Notes: generated by a model not told the origin, from the letters alone. Numbered from the stretch's first letter, positions 50,035-63,344 are shown. The stretch is 64,000 nucleotides of DNA from Octopus sinensis (GCF_006345805.1 NC_043006.1:19468001-19532000); one strand, 5' to 3'. Translations and numbers: made by a program.

Positions 50035-50096
50035 TATATACATATATATACATATATATACATATAGAGAGACAGACAGACAGACAGACAGATATA

Positions 50097-51293
50097 CACA
50101 CATGACAGAAATAAATAGACACCCCCATAAAACATCGTTTTATGTTTATTTTAATTTATAAAGGTTTATATCTTTTAATAATTGACATTTTTATGTTTCA
50201 GGTTCTATATGAGACTGTTTAATCATGCCATATACAAAAGAAGCCTGAATTTCAAAGAGGCCGTGTTTTGGGTCATTCCAAGGTGGACATAGTCAGCGTA
50301 AAATCGCAGAAAACCTTGGCATCCTTCTTTCTACGGTTAAAAGAGTGATTGTGCAATTCACCAGAGAGGGGAAGAAGTTCACATCATCTCGCTCACGTCA
50401 GTCAAGGCCTTCTAACAAGACCCTTCTCATTGCTAAGAGAAGTGTAGAAGATAATCTTCGTTGCAAGGCCTCTGACATAGCAGAACAAGTTGATGTCAGT
50501 TCTAGAACAGCGGTCAGGTGTCTTCACAAACTTTGTTATTACGGCAGAGCAGCGAGCAGGAAGCCACTTCTTTGACCAGCCAGTATCGAACGGGAAAAGA
50601 TTGGGCCAATAAGATGGTGGAGAGGCCACTAGCATTTTGGATGGCTATCATATTCCCTGATGAGCCCAGATTTGTTGTATTTCCTGTCAGTGGTCGAGTG
50701 TGGGTCTGGAGACTTTGTGATGAAGAATTTGATGTGAAAATATTACAGCCAACAATGACACACGGCAGCTAATCTGTAATGATCTGGGAAGCGATTTGGA
50801 GCAATGGTTCATCAGAGCTGCTAGAGTATGAGGGAAGTATAAACTCAGATAAATATTTGCCCATATTGCAGAAAGGACTCCTTCCAATCTTTTCCATGGG
50901 TCAGATGCTTAAAGAAGACTCTTTATTTATGAAAGATGAGGCTCCTTGTCACAGGGTTAAAATTACCCAAGAGCTGTTAAATGAGAATGGCATTAAGAAG
51001 TTTCTACGGCTAAGCAAGTCACCAGATACGAAGCCTATTGAACACCTCTGAGACATAATGGACAGAACACTTTTGAGATTATTGCATGGAATTTGGCAAG
51101 AAATTCCGCAAGAGGATATTCGTCATCTGATCAGTAACATGCCTCATAGGGTCCTTGCATTGAAAAATGCAAAGGGCATATCTACTATATATTAAATATT
51201 CACATTATAACAATAAATAATTTGAATGAATATTTTCAGATTTAAATAAATCTTAATGGTAATAAGGGTATCTATTTACTTCTGTCATGTCTG
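50097..51293 (+). mobile_element. Tc1 DNA transposon, near full length, transposase pseudogene
   Basis: TA-flanked TIRs cacacatgacagaaataaatagacaccc / gggtatctatttacttctgtcatgtctg; RKPLL, FPDE, KDEAPCH...34 aa...PIE (DD34E). Confidence 0.93.
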
Positions 51294-51304
51294 TATATAT
51301 ATAT

Positions 51305-51359
<55 letters not shown>

Positions 51360-51519
51360 TACAGACAGACAGAAGTATTTCGGCTATCACCCAGCACCAA
51401 CCCCTGTCACTACCCCCAATGCAGAAGCTGCCTTCATCACAGTCAATAAGCCATGTCTCTTTCGAGCACTACTCCAGTCTCAACACTTTTGCTGAATGCA
51501 CAAGGCATCAGTCCATCTT

Positions 51520-51680
51520 TTAATTCGACCCAGTACGCAACTGGTACTTAATTTATCGACTCCGGAAAGATGAAAGACAAAGTCGACCTCGGTGGAATTT
51601 GAACTCAGAACGTAAGGACAGACGAAATACGATAAGCATTTTCTGCGGTGTGCTACCAAAAATGCCAGCTCACCGCCTTA
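51520..51680 (-). mobile_element. SINE family C, partial
   Basis: Head and core on minus strand. Confidence 0.8.
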
Positions 51681-51887
51681 CAGATCTGTAAATAATAATA
51701 ATAATAATATTTTATAAGCTTAAAGCTTATAAGCAATCACCGTGAAATGACTAAACAAAAAAGTCTAATAATGAGGAACATAAGGCCTCGAAGGTAAAAT
51801 GTAGGTTTTCCCCTACTTTATTTCGTACATGGCTTATATGCCTCATTATTAGAATATGTGTGTGTGTGTGTGTGTGTGTATTTATGT

Positions 51888-52281
51888 TTACTCTTTTATT
51901 TGTTTCGGTCAATTGACTGCGGACATGCTGAAGCACCGCATTTAGTCGAGCAAATCGATCCCAGGACTTATTCTTTGTGAGCCTGGTACTTATTCTATCG
52001 GCCTCTTTTGCCGAACCGCTAAGTTACGGAGACGTAAAAACACCAGCATCGGTTGTCAAGCAATGTTGGGGGGGGAGCAAACACAGACACACAAACATAT
52101 ACACACAGATTCATATATATATATATTATATATATATATATATACACACGGCGGGCTTCTTTCAGTTTCCGTCTACCAAATCCACTCACAAGGCTTTAGT
52201 CGGCCCGAGGCTATAGTAGAAGACACTTGCCCAACCATGTGGTTGGTAAGTAAGCTACTTACCACACAGCCACTCCTACGA
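51888..52281 (-). mobile_element. SINE family B
   Basis: Near full length; deletion in the head. Confidence 0.88.
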
Positions 52282-52287
52282 CTATAT

Positions 52288-52666
52288 GGAAGCACTCCGT
52301 CGGTTACGACGACGAGGGTTCCGGTTGATCCGCATCAATGGAACAGCCTGCTCGTGAAATTAACGTGCAAGTGGCTGAGCACTCCACAGACACGTGCCAC
52401 CATAATGTAGTTCTCGGGGATATTCAGCGTGACACAGAGAGTGACAAGGCCGGCCCTTTAAATACAGGTACAACAGAAACAGGAAGTAAGAGTGAGAGAA
52501 AGTTGTGGTGAAAGAGTACAGCAGGGATCACCACCATCCCCTGCCGGAGCCTCGTGGAGCTTTAGGTGTTTTCGCTCAATAAACACTGACAACGCCGGTC
52601 TGGGATCGAAAACCGCGATCCTATGACCGCGAGTCCGGTGCCCTAACCATGGGCCATTGCGCCTCC
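52288..52666 (-). mobile_element. SINE family A
   Basis: TSD cctacgactatat, inserted at the head of the family B copy. Confidence 0.92.
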
Positions 52667-52671
52667 CCTAC

Positions 52672-52737
<66 letters not shown>

Positions 52738-52746
52738 TATATATAC

Positions 52747-52788
<42 letters not shown>

Positions 52789-52794
52789 TCTATA

Positions 52795-52840
<46 letters not shown>

Positions 52841-52865
52841 TATATATATATATATATATATATAT

Positions 52866-53075
52866 AAATCCTTAAATCCTTAAAAATGTTTTAGCCCGAA
52901 GGCTGCGGCCATGCTGGGGCACCACCGCTGAATGAGCTACACTAGTTTGTGAATCCACCTCTGATACGTGGCACTTGATCAACAAGGGAGTTCGATGCTG
53001 CTGCCCGCATCCGTGTCTCCTGTCGTGAGGTAGGTTCATCTGGGACTCCCAACAAGAAGAGATCCAGTTTAGTTT
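52866..53075 (-). mobile_element. CR1-group LINE 3' end sharing its tail with SINE B
   Basis: KLDLFLLGVPDEP...RAAASNSLVDQ...* then ggtggtgccccagcatggccgcag and (TTTAAGGA)n tail. Confidence 0.75.
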
Positions 53076-53804
53076 ATTATATATATATATAATATATATA
53101 TATATAACAAAACAGGAGAGAAAATATTTTATAAACAAACTCTTCTTTTGTTTCCTATAGGTATACTGTTACAAGATACCCAAACGATAAGTCGAACATC
53201 ATATGAGTTCTCGCAACCGCAACTTCAATTATGCGGGAAGACATATGGAATTCTCCTCGTTATTTGTCATGCAATTTAAATTTAAAATCGTACTGTGTAA
53301 ATAAACACATCTCAGCGGGATTTGAACGCGGAACTTAAAGAGCCGGAACAAAAGCAGAGGGAACTTGATTTTTTTTTTCAATGCTCTAACGATTCAGCTA
53401 TCGACCACATATTCCATGGATGGAATATGTATCAGTTATTTAATAACCTTGATTCAGTTAACCATTGCCCTACATTAAGTGTGTCAAGATAAAAGATATC
53501 AATGTCTTTCTGGAAATATCTAGGTTGATTATTAAACCCTACTGCAATTGAAAATAGCTAGAAAAAAGCAAAAACTCATGTGTGTGTATGTGTGTGTATG
53601 TGTGCGTGCGTGTATATGTGTGTGTGTGTGTGAGCGCGCATTCCTTTCCCTAAGTGTTACTCGACGAACGATGTATCGCTGTGTGGTCCAGATGTCTTCA
53701 TCGCAATCACATTGTTTCGGGCTCAATCTCAGGGCGAATGTCTTTGTTGAAGCATGCAATAGGAGTCGTCACCCTTGATGGAGTAGTAGAAATAATAAAA
53801 ACTG

Positions 53805-54122
53805 GCTCTCCGTCGGTTACGACGATGGAAACTCCAGTTGGTCCGATCAACTGAACAGCCTGCTCGTGAAATTAGCGTGCAAGTATTGAGCACTCCACAG
53901 ACACGCGTATCCTGAATATAGTTCTCAGTGAGTTTCAACGTGACACAGAATGTAATAAGGCCGGCCCCTTGAATCACATGTACAACTCACTTTTGCCAGG
54001 TGAGTGGTCTGGAGCAGCGTAAAATAAAGTGTCTTGCTTAAAGACACAGTGCACCACCGGGAATCGAACTTAGGACTTTACGATCGTAAGCCAATTATCC
54101 TAACCACTAAGCCACCCGCTTT
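53805..54122 (-). mobile_element. Chimeric SINE: family D head plus family A tail
   Basis: 53805-53975 matches the family A 3' part; 53990-54122 matches the 28370-28503 head. Confidence 0.7.
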
Positions 54123-54144
54123 CACGATTGTAGAGATAATATGT

Positions 54145-54519
54145 GGAGGTGCAATGGCCCAGTGGTTAGGGCAGCGGACTCGCGGTCGGAGGATCGCGGT
54201 TTCGATTCCCCGACCGGGCGTTGTGAGTGTTTATTGAGCGAAAACACCTAAAAGCTCCACGGCAGGGGTTGGTGGTGATCCCTGCTGTACTCTTTCACCA
54301 CAACTTTCTCTCGCTCTTACTTCCTGTTTCTCTTGTACCTGTATTTCAAAGGGCCGGTCTTGTCACTCTCTGTGTTACGCTGAATATCCCCGAGAACTAC
54401 GTTAAGGGTGCACGTGTCTGTGGAGTGCTCAGCCACTTACACGTTAATTTCACGAGCAGGCTGTTCCGTTGATTCGGATCAACCGGAACCCTCGTCGTCG
54501 TAACCGACGGAGTGCTTCC
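54145..54519 (+). mobile_element. SINE family A
   Basis: TSD agagataata. Confidence 0.92.
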
Positions 54520-54734
54520 AAAGAGATAATACATCACTGGATTAAATCCACTAGTTTAACATCTCACCGTTTTAACACCGCCGAGCCACTTTTGATCGTA
54601 GTTTCCTGTTTTGAAAACATTGATTGAGGGTAGGAGTCCAGGCTTGAGATAAAACCTTTCTTTCCTCCCCCCTAATTAATTTCCAAGATCCTGTAATGAT
54701 TCATGGGTGCTAAGTTATCTTTTACCGTTATCTA

Positions 54735-55098
54735 TTACTTGTTTCGGTCACGGGGCTACAGCCATGGATGGGCACTACTTTGAATGGTTTCGTATAACAA
54801 ATCGATCCTACTAATTATTATTTTTTTATAATATAGCACTTATTCTATCGGTCTCTTATGCCGTACTGCTAAGTTATGAGAACGTAAACAACACCGCTTG
54901 TCAAGAAGTGGTCATAGACAAACACTGCACAGACACAGAGACACGTACGCAAACGCTCGTGTGCGCATCAGGTGTTGTTCCGAGGTTTTGGTTAGCCAAG
55001 GGTTATAATAAATGACATTTTCTTCAGGTGCCGCACAATGGAACTGAACCTAAGATTATATAGCCGGGAAGTAAGCTTCTTAACCATACAATTATGCC
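54735..55098 (-). mobile_element. SINE family B, highly diverged
   Basis: cttattctatcggtctctt...ctaagtta...ggaactgaacc...accataca remnants. Confidence 0.65.
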
Positions 55099-55181
55099 TA
55101 TGCGTGACTATATGCGTATTTAACTCATTTGTTTTCGCATTTCATGTTGTTTGCTGTGGTGACGTTCTGTACCCATATATA

Positions 55182-55219
<38 letters not shown>

Positions 55220-55451
55220 TATATGTAATATACATATATATATGTATGTATGTATGTATGTATGCATGCATGTATGTGAGTGTATTCATATAGTTATGTA
55301 TTATATATATATATATATATTACTATATATATATATTATTATTCATATTATTGCTTACTTACACACATATAGACAAACATACATAAATACAAAAACATAT
55401 ATATAGACACGCAGGAATAGATCACACACACATACATATATATATTACGTA

Positions 55452-55489
<38 letters not shown>

Positions 55490-55654
55490 CGTATATCACC
55501 GTGACCGACCAGGCTATCAGATGTTACTACACATCGCTGGTCACAATGCGCTTCGCATTGTTTTAGCCTTCAAATGATGCCACCTCGCTGGCTAAGCGAG
55601 CAGTCCAATATTACGTATATATATATATATATATACAGAAACACACACACATAC

Positions 55655-55768
55655 ATGTACTGATGTTGTTATACACATTGACTTTGGCCGTTGATAATTC
55701 GGCTGTTGCCTTAGTCTTTTTAGAATGTGTTTCTGATTGCTTCATTTGAAATTCCTCCATTTTTATGT
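55655..55768 (-). CDS. Possible isolated host exon (MEEFQMKQSETHSKKTKATAELSTAKVNVYNNIST)
   Basis: Non-repetitive island; acceptor ttccgtttatgcag, AAAAATGG start context, donor gtatgt. No homology recognised. Confidence 0.22.
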
Positions 55769-55854
55769 CTGCATAAACGGAATAGTAATACCCACTACCA
55801 CCATCACCACATACATCCAGTAGATGTGCCTGTATTTCCAATCATGTAAGATAT

Positions 55855-55901
<47 letters not shown>

Positions 55902-56154
55902 TATGTATGCGGATACAATAAATAAATATACATGAATATATGCATGGAGATGTGTTTATAGACACCAGATGTCGATATTGAAATTATGTCTTACTTAAAA
56001 GACACATGAGGTGGATGTATATGTGCTTATATTCGTAAGCCAGTTGGCTGTGTACAGAAACATACCTCTCTGTGTCTCTCTCTCTTTCTGTCCCTCTCTC
56101 TCTCTCTGTCTCTGTCTGTCTCTCTCTCTCTCTAACATACACACATATATGCGT

Positions 56155-56190
<36 letters not shown>

Positions 56191-56238
56191 GAGGAGGTAT
56201 CCAAAAGTAACCTGAATTTTGCAATATTTTATCCACTT

Positions 56239-57910
56239 AAGGCGGCGAGCTGGCAGAAACGTTAGCATGCCGGGCGAAATGCTTAGCGGTATTTCGTTTG
56301 TCTTTGCGTTCTGAGTTCAAATTCCGCCGAGGTCGACTTTGCCGTTCATCCTTTCGGGGTCGATTAAATAAGTACCAGTTACGCACTGGGGTCAATATAA
56401 TCGACTTAATCCGTTTGTCTGTCCTTGTTTGTCCTCTCTGTGTTTAGCCCCTTGTGGGTAGTAAAGAAATAGAAATAGGTATTTCGTCTGTCTTTACGCT
56501 CTGAGTTCAAATTCCACCGAGGTCGACTTTGCCTTTCATCCTTTCGGGGTCGATAAATTAAGTACTAGCTACGCACTGAGGTCGATGCAATCGACTTAAT
56601 CCCTTTGTTTGTCCTTGTTTGTCCCCTCAATGTTTAGCCCCTTGTGGGCAATAAATAAATAAGAAACGTTAGCACGCCGGGTGAAATTTTGTTGTATTTC
56701 GTCTATCTTTACGTTCAGAGTTCAAATTCCGCTGAGGTCGACTTTGCCTTTCATCCTTCGGGGTCGATAAATTAAGTACCAGTTACGTACTGCGGTCGAC
56801 CTAATCGACTGGTGCCCTCCCCCAGAAATATGGGCCTTGTGCCTTGAGGAGAAAAGAATATTTCAAAGGTAGCGTGCTGGCAGAAATGTCAGCACGCCGG
56901 GCGAAATGATTAGCGCTATTTCGTCTGTCTTTGCGTTCTGAGTTCAAATTCCGCCGAGGTCGACTTTGCCGTTCATCCTTTCGGGGTCGATTAAATAAGT
57001 ACCAGTTACGCACTGGGGTCAATATAATCGACTTAATCCGTTTGTCTGTCCTTGTTTGTCCTCTCTGTGTTTAGCCCCTTGTGGGTAGTAAAGAAATAGA
57101 AATAGGTATTTCGTCTGTCTTTACGCTCTGAGTTCAAATTCCACCGAGGTCGACTTTGCCTTTCATCCTTTCGGGGTCGATAAATTAAGTACTAGCTACG
57201 CACTGAGGTCGATGCAATCGACTTAATCCCTTTGTTTGTCCTTGTTTGTCCCCTCAATTTTTAGCCCCTTGTGGGCAATAAATAAATAAGAAACGTTAGC
57301 ACGCCGGGTGAAATTTTGTTGTATTTCGTCTATCTTTACGTTCAGAGTTCAAATTCCGCTGAGGTCGACTTTGCCTTTCATCCTTTCGGGGTCGATAAAT
57401 TAAGTACCAGTTACGTACTGCGGTCGACCTAATCGACTGGTGCCCTCCCCCAGAAATATGGGCCTTGTGCCTTGAGGAGAAAAGAATATTTCAAAGGTAG
57501 CGTGCTGGCAGAAATGTCAGCACGCCGGGCGAAATGATTAGCGCTATTTCGTCTGTCTTTACGTTCTGAGTTCAAATTCCGCCGAGGTCGACTTTGCCTT
57601 TCATCCTTTCGGGTTCGATAAACTAAGTACCGGTTGCGTCCTGGGATCAATCTAATCCACTGGCCCCCTTCCCAAAAGATTTCGGGCCCTGTGCTTAGAG
57701 AAGAAAAAGAATCGTTAGCACGTCGTTCGCACGTCGAAATGCTTGGCGGTATTTCGTCTCCTGCTACGTTCTGAGTCCAAATTCTGCCGAAGTCGACTTT
57801 GCTTTTCTTCCTTTCCGAATCGATTAAATAATTACCAGTTACGCAACGGGGTCGATGTAATCGACTTACACCATCTCCTCCCAAAAAATTTCACGCCTTG
57901 TGCCTATAAT
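56239..57910 (+). mobile_element. Tandem array of ~8 SINE family C units including a ~628-bp duplication
   Basis: 56301-56928 repeated at 56929-57556 almost identically. Confidence 0.92.
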
Positions 57911-58502
57911 AAAAAGGATTATTATTATCATTGTAATTATTATATATCTAAAGTATTTATGAATATATATATAGATACACACACACACTTATACATATCA
58001 TAGATATAGGCATGTGTGTGCGTGTGTCCGCGTGTTTATATTTTTTCGCGGAATTTCATTTCGTGCAAGGAATATTTTACATAATGAGATGTCACAAAAT
58101 TCAATTTTGTTAATGAAGCCTAATGAAATACTTTTGGAATATGAATAGACATGAACATGCCAACGGATTTCTACAAATAATTTTCGTGTCTGCTACTGCT
58201 GCTGCTGTTGTAATGGATAATGGCGGCGGCGGCGGCAGTTTTCATGGAGGCAGTAGTGGGCGTTTTTTGATGTTGTTGTTTTTTTCTGTAAAAGACCGAA
58301 ACAGTTTTTTTTTGCTATTTTTTTTTTATATTATTCTTCTCCACATTAGTTTTAAATGAAATGAACATTGAATTTTCTTGATTTTAATATCATATGTATT
58401 ACGTATATATATATATGTAGTGAGTATATATGTATGTATGTGCATATATGTGTGTCCGCGCACATGCATGTGGGAGTGTATATATATATATATATATATA
58501 CA

Positions 58503-58793
58503 CTAGCAGTATCGCCCGGCATTGCTCGGGTTTGTAAGGGAAATAACTATATAAGCATTTTTAGAGAGTTACTTCCCTTATATAATAGCAAAAAATGCAT
58601 TAAAATGGGAAAAAATGATGGTAAATTTCTTTTTTTAATCGTAGACGCATGCTAATACCCAGAAGGGCTCGATATGAATCATGACTATAAGATACCCGCT
58701 TTTGGTTAAACTGCACCGCAAAATGTGGGAGTAGTTAGGAATCTAAATCGTAGGAGACAGACACTCACACAACTTCACTTTTATATATAAAGA
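58503..58793 (-). mobile_element. Non-autonomous Helitron
   Basis: Minus strand A|TC...cccg-agcaatgc-cggg hairpin...CTAG|T, no TSD. Confidence 0.85.
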
Positions 58794-58829
58794 TATATAT
58801 ATATATATATATACATACAAACATATATA

Positions 58830-59165
58830 TATAGTTCGAATTTATAGAAAGCAAAAGACGAAGACAGGCGAGGAAACAAAACAAGTAGGTATATTAGAAT
58901 AATCGGGAAGAATGGAATAGTCTTTGACGTTTCAGCCTACGCTCTTTGACAGAAAGGACTGAGAGGGAAAGAAAGGAGAAAGAATGAAAAAGAAACGGAG
59001 AAACAAAAAAATGTGTATGGATTAATGGTTCAACACGATGAAATGGCCAGAAGAATGAGGCGAAGTGAAAGGGAGATAACAGTAACCCGGACGAACTAGG
59101 GTGCACAAGCGCGTGTGTGTATGTGAGAATGGTGTGTGTGAGTGAATGGTGGCGAGCGCGTGTGA
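58830..59165 (-). mobile_element. TA-flanked element with decayed minimal hammerhead (58921-58957), relative of 38811-39020
   Basis: Minus: ccttt CTGTCAA a GAGC gtag GCT GAAAC GTC aaaga; shares aaaagacgaagRcagg. Confidence 0.65.
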
Positions 59166-59189
59166 ATATATATATATATATTTTTTTTT

Positions 59190-59385
59190 TTACTTGTTTC
59201 AGTCATTTGACTGCGGCCATGTTGGAGCACCGCCTTTAGTCGAGCAAATCGACCCCGGGACTTATTCTTTGTAAGCCCAGTACTTATTCTATCGGTCTCT
59301 TTTGCCGAACCGCTAGGTGACCGGGACGTAAACACACCAGCATCGGTTGTGAAGCAATGCTAGGGGGACAAACACAGACACACAA

Positions 59386-59420
<35 letters not shown>

Positions 59421-59850
59421 TGTAGGTCCCGGGTTGATTCGGGGTTAACCACAGTAAATAAGGTACTCAATACATAGCAGAGTAAAATTAATTTATTATA
59501 TAGAAGGAGATTCTACAGGACTAGAACTGTTTCATTCAAGAGAAATCATCAGGAAGCTAGTTAACAAGAATTGTTTTGGCATTTATACATTTAGGCAGGT
59601 TTAAAGGGGTGGTGGTGGGGGACTTTTTGGGGGTAGGCATAGCGCAAAAATGTCATACTTAGGGGAGTGGTCAAGGAGTCAGTGATAAATTAGATAAAAG
59701 AATAAATAAAAGAATAAAAAATAAAAAATTAATAGAAGAATAGAGTTTTAGGTAAATAAGGAGATTCTCACTTATACATATACACATATGTATATATATA
59801 CACACACACACACACATATACATACACACATATATATATATATACATATT

Positions 59851-59897
<47 letters not shown>

Positions 59898-60059
59898 ATA
59901 TACACACAAAGAAGCCCGTCTACCAAATCCACTCACAAGGCATTGGTCGGCCCAGGGCTATAGCAGAAGACAGTTGTCCAAGATGCCACGCAGTGGGACT
60001 GAACCCGGACCCATGTGGTTGGTTAACAAGCTACTTACCACACAGCCACTCCTGCGCCT
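59190..60059 (-). mobile_element. SINE family B split at its internal (TA)n by an insertion
   Basis: Tail half 59190-59400, head half 59916-60059. Confidence 0.88.
59508..59558 (-). ncRNA. Type I hammerhead ribozyme in the TA-inserted element 59421-59770
   Basis: Minus: agcttc CTGATGA t ttc tctt gaa t GAAAC ag ttctagtc ct GTA gaatct (one stem I mismatch). Confidence 0.72.
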
Positions 60060-60413
60060 ATGTGTAAGCGAGCTTAAAATTATGTTGGCCTCTGTGTGTG
60101 TAAGTAACCCAGTGCGTGCATTTCGTGCGTTTCATGTATGTGTGTGTGTGTGCGTTTAGACGTGTGGATGTGTGTGTTTCTGTGGATGTGTGTGTGTGTG
60201 CATATAAACGTGAGTATGTGTATGGATGTGTGTGTTTCAGTGTCTGTGTCTGTGCGCGCTCGCGTGCGTGTGCAAACGCTTGTGGGTAGCAGTTGATGTA
60301 TGCCTCTTCGAGTGGTGTGTACACGTGTGTATGTGTGTCCGACCTTATAGTATGTGTATTGCGTGTGTTTATGTGCGAAACTTGTGCGTTTATGCGTATT
60401 GTGTGCGTGTGAT

Positions 60414-60796
60414 GGAGGCGCAATGGCCCAGTGGTTAGGGCAGCGGACACGCGGTCATAGGATCGCGGTTTCGATTCCCAGACCGGGCGTTGTGAGTGTT
60501 TATTGAGCGAAAACACCTAAAAGCTCCACGAGGCTCCTGCAGGGGATGGTGGTGATCCCTGCTGTACTCTTTCACCACAACTTTCTCTCACTCTTACTTC
60601 CTGTTTCTGTTGTACCTGTATTTCAAAGGGCCGGCCTTGTCACTCTCTGTGTCACGCTGAATATCCCCGAGAACTACGTTAAGGGTACACGTGTCTGTGG
60701 AATGCTCAGCCACTTACACGTTAATTTCACGAGCAGGCTGTTCCGATGATTCGGATCAACCGGAACCCTCGTCGTCGTAACCGACGGAGTGCTTCC
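60414..60796 (+). mobile_element. SINE family A
   Basis: Full length. Confidence 0.92.
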
Positions 60797-60799
60797 ATC

Positions 60800-61985
60800 C
60801 ATCCACATGGTCTTCTGCTCATATACGCTCATCCTTTCATCTGATAATACATTGCGATTCAGCTCAAGGAGCTGTCTTCCAAGTCTTATGATGTTATCAG
60901 CATCATGTACGCAAACTTGGTCAAGAGATGCATTCGACACTTGGTAGTTAAAAGATGTTGCCGAATGGATATGATACAACATTCAAAGGCATTTTGGATC
61001 GATGTTAAGCCTCTGCCGCCTTGTTTTCGTTTTAGGTAGAGGTGATCTACGTTACTGCGGATGTGGAAATTATGTGTGCTTGTTAGTATGTTCCGGGTTT
61101 TCACATCAATGGTTCGGATCTCATCCAGTAGTCCAAATGTTAGTATGAGTACTGGCACTGCAAACACATTGTGAACAATTGTTTTATTGAATGCAGAGAG
61201 TTCCGCGGTCCAAATTTTCTTTATTCAGCAGTAATATTCTTTTTAGTGACACGTGTTTTGTTATAGGTACCATTGTAAGATATGTTTTCATCCACTCCTT
61301 ATCAGATGTAAGGGAAACAATTACGTTATTGTTGGAGATGTTGCTAGTCTGATTTGCAGTGTTCTCTCTTTTCACAACAATATAACATTTAACCTGACGG
61401 CGAGCTGGCAGAAACATTTAATGGCGGCGAGCTGGCAGAAACGTTAGCACGCCGGGCGAAATGCGTAGCCGTATTTCGTCTGCCGTTACGTTCTGAGTTC
61501 AAATTCCGCCGAGGTCGACTTTGCCTTTCATCCTTTCGGGGTCGATAAATTAAGTACCAGTTTCGCACTGGGGTCGATGTAATCGACTTAATCCGTTTGT
61601 CTGTCCTTGTTTGTCCCCTCTGTGTTTAGCCCCTCGTGGGTAGTAGTGAAATACATATAACATTTAACCTGACCATACTCCAACCCTGTATCTTTTGAGA
61701 ATGTTGTAACAGATCAAGGCTTTTTCACTGCTCGTGTATATTCTTTGTGTATAGTTTCAAGTCATCCACAAAGAAACCGTGCATAATTTTGGTATTTCTG
61801 TTTCCTTGTAAACCAGTGAGATATATTTCAGATTTCCTTAACGTAATTGAATAGGGGTTTACAGAAATTTTAAACAACATCACAGGGAGGCTGTCCCCTT
61901 GGAATATGCTTCTGCGATACTGTATTCTATCAGTGATAATAAGGTCACTCCTTATGTTTAATTTCAAGATGGTGGCACACGATGA
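60800..61985 (-). mobile_element. R4/Dong RT fragment (same family as 10695-13275)
   Basis: IFQGDSL, FFVDDLKLY, LYLKRKQGGRGL; 5' end abuts (CATA)n. Confidence 0.88.
61399..61654 (+). mobile_element. SINE family C with 19-bp TSD inside the R4 copy
   Basis: TSD atataacatttaacctgac at 61380-61398 and 61655-61673; stuttered head. Confidence 0.93.
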
Positions 61986-62131
61986 AGTATGTGTGCATGT
62001 ATGTATGTATGTATGTATGTATGTATGTATGTATGTATGTATGTATGTATGTATGTATGTATGCATGCATGCATGCATGCATATATGTATGTATGTATGT
62101 ATGTATATATGCATGCTTGCATGTATGTATG

Positions 62132-62162
<31 letters not shown>

Positions 62163-62328
62163 GTATATATGCATGCATGCATGTATGTATGTATGTATGT
62201 ATGTAAGTATATATGCATGCATGCATGTATGTATGTATGTATGTATGTATATGTGCATGCATGTATGCATGTATGTATATATGCATGCATGTATGTATGT
62301 ATATATGTATGTATGTATGTATGTATGT
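61986..62328. repeat. (TATG)n/(TGCA)n microsatellite
   Basis: Direct inspection. Confidence 0.95.
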
Positions 62329-63150
62329 CAATATTCAGTTTAATTCAAGATTTCTTGCCAATAGAGAAAGAACCTATTTCTAACCTAGATCCAAAGTTCC
62401 TTAATTGGAATTTCAACATCAACAACAGGGTATTTTTGTTTGTGAGTATGTATGTATGGGTTGTGTATGTATGTGCAGATTTGTATGTTTTATGTATGTA
62501 TTCCCAAGCATATAGTTGCATATCTCGACATGCTAATATATATTCAAATGATAAACTTCTGGAAAGTTTTAAAGATTTTTACAGTTCCAGTGATGGATTA
62601 GATTTGTAATCTTCGGATTAGCTTTCCCCTTTCTGGTTTTGAGAAGCCTAATTTCTCAAGATTGCTATTTAGGCAATGTGTTACATATCCCAGGGCTCCA
62701 ATAATTACAGGTATAAACCTGCATTTGCAATCTGGATAGAGTAACTGCAGATTTCTCAGCAGTTGTGTTACATATCCCAGGGCTCCAATAATTACAGGTA
62801 TAAACCTGAATTTGCAATCTGGATAGAGTAACTGCAGATTTCTCAGTAGTTCAGCATAGGTATTCTCTTTTTCACTCATCTTCAGCTTTATGTTAACATC
62901 TGCTCAGCAGCTGGTTTCCACACCAGCACACAGTTTCTCTTCTCTATCCCAAATCATCACATCAGGTATGTTGTGCTTACACTTTATTGAGGTTTTCATT
63001 GATACACTCCACCAGTATCTCTTTTCATAATGAGTGGCTATGGCTTCTACCATATTGTGGGTTCTTATTTCTTTGTGCTCAGGATTATCCTTCGGACGGA
63101 TTTCATTATGCAGTGTCCTAGCTACAACGTCATGTCTCATCGGTAGATAA
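62329..63150 (-). mobile_element. R4/Dong 3' end with in-frame 87-bp tandem duplication
   Basis: RHDVV...PDVMIWDREEK...PVIIGALG (twice); 3' UTR ends in (CATA)n. Confidence 0.88.
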
Positions 63151-63344
63151 AGCCAAGAATTGAGCAAGTGTTGTTTTTGTGACGGTTGTAATTTTCGTTG
63201 ACGTTATTGTTGTTGTTGTTGCTGTTGTGATTTTTCTCCTTGTTGTTATTTTTGTTGTTCTCATTTTCATTGTTACTGTTTATGTCGCTGTTGTTGTTAC
63301 AATCGTCTTTGTAAATCTTTCTGTAACCAAGTCATCTTTAATTA

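Noticed and set aside
56188-56222. Lone mariner-like TIR tacgaggaggtatccaaaagt
   Set aside because: No partner TIR or transposase found.
56239-57910. Regularly spaced repeats resembling a CRISPR array
   Set aside because: Units are ~180-230-bp SINE modules with non-unique spacers; eukaryotic context and no cas genes.
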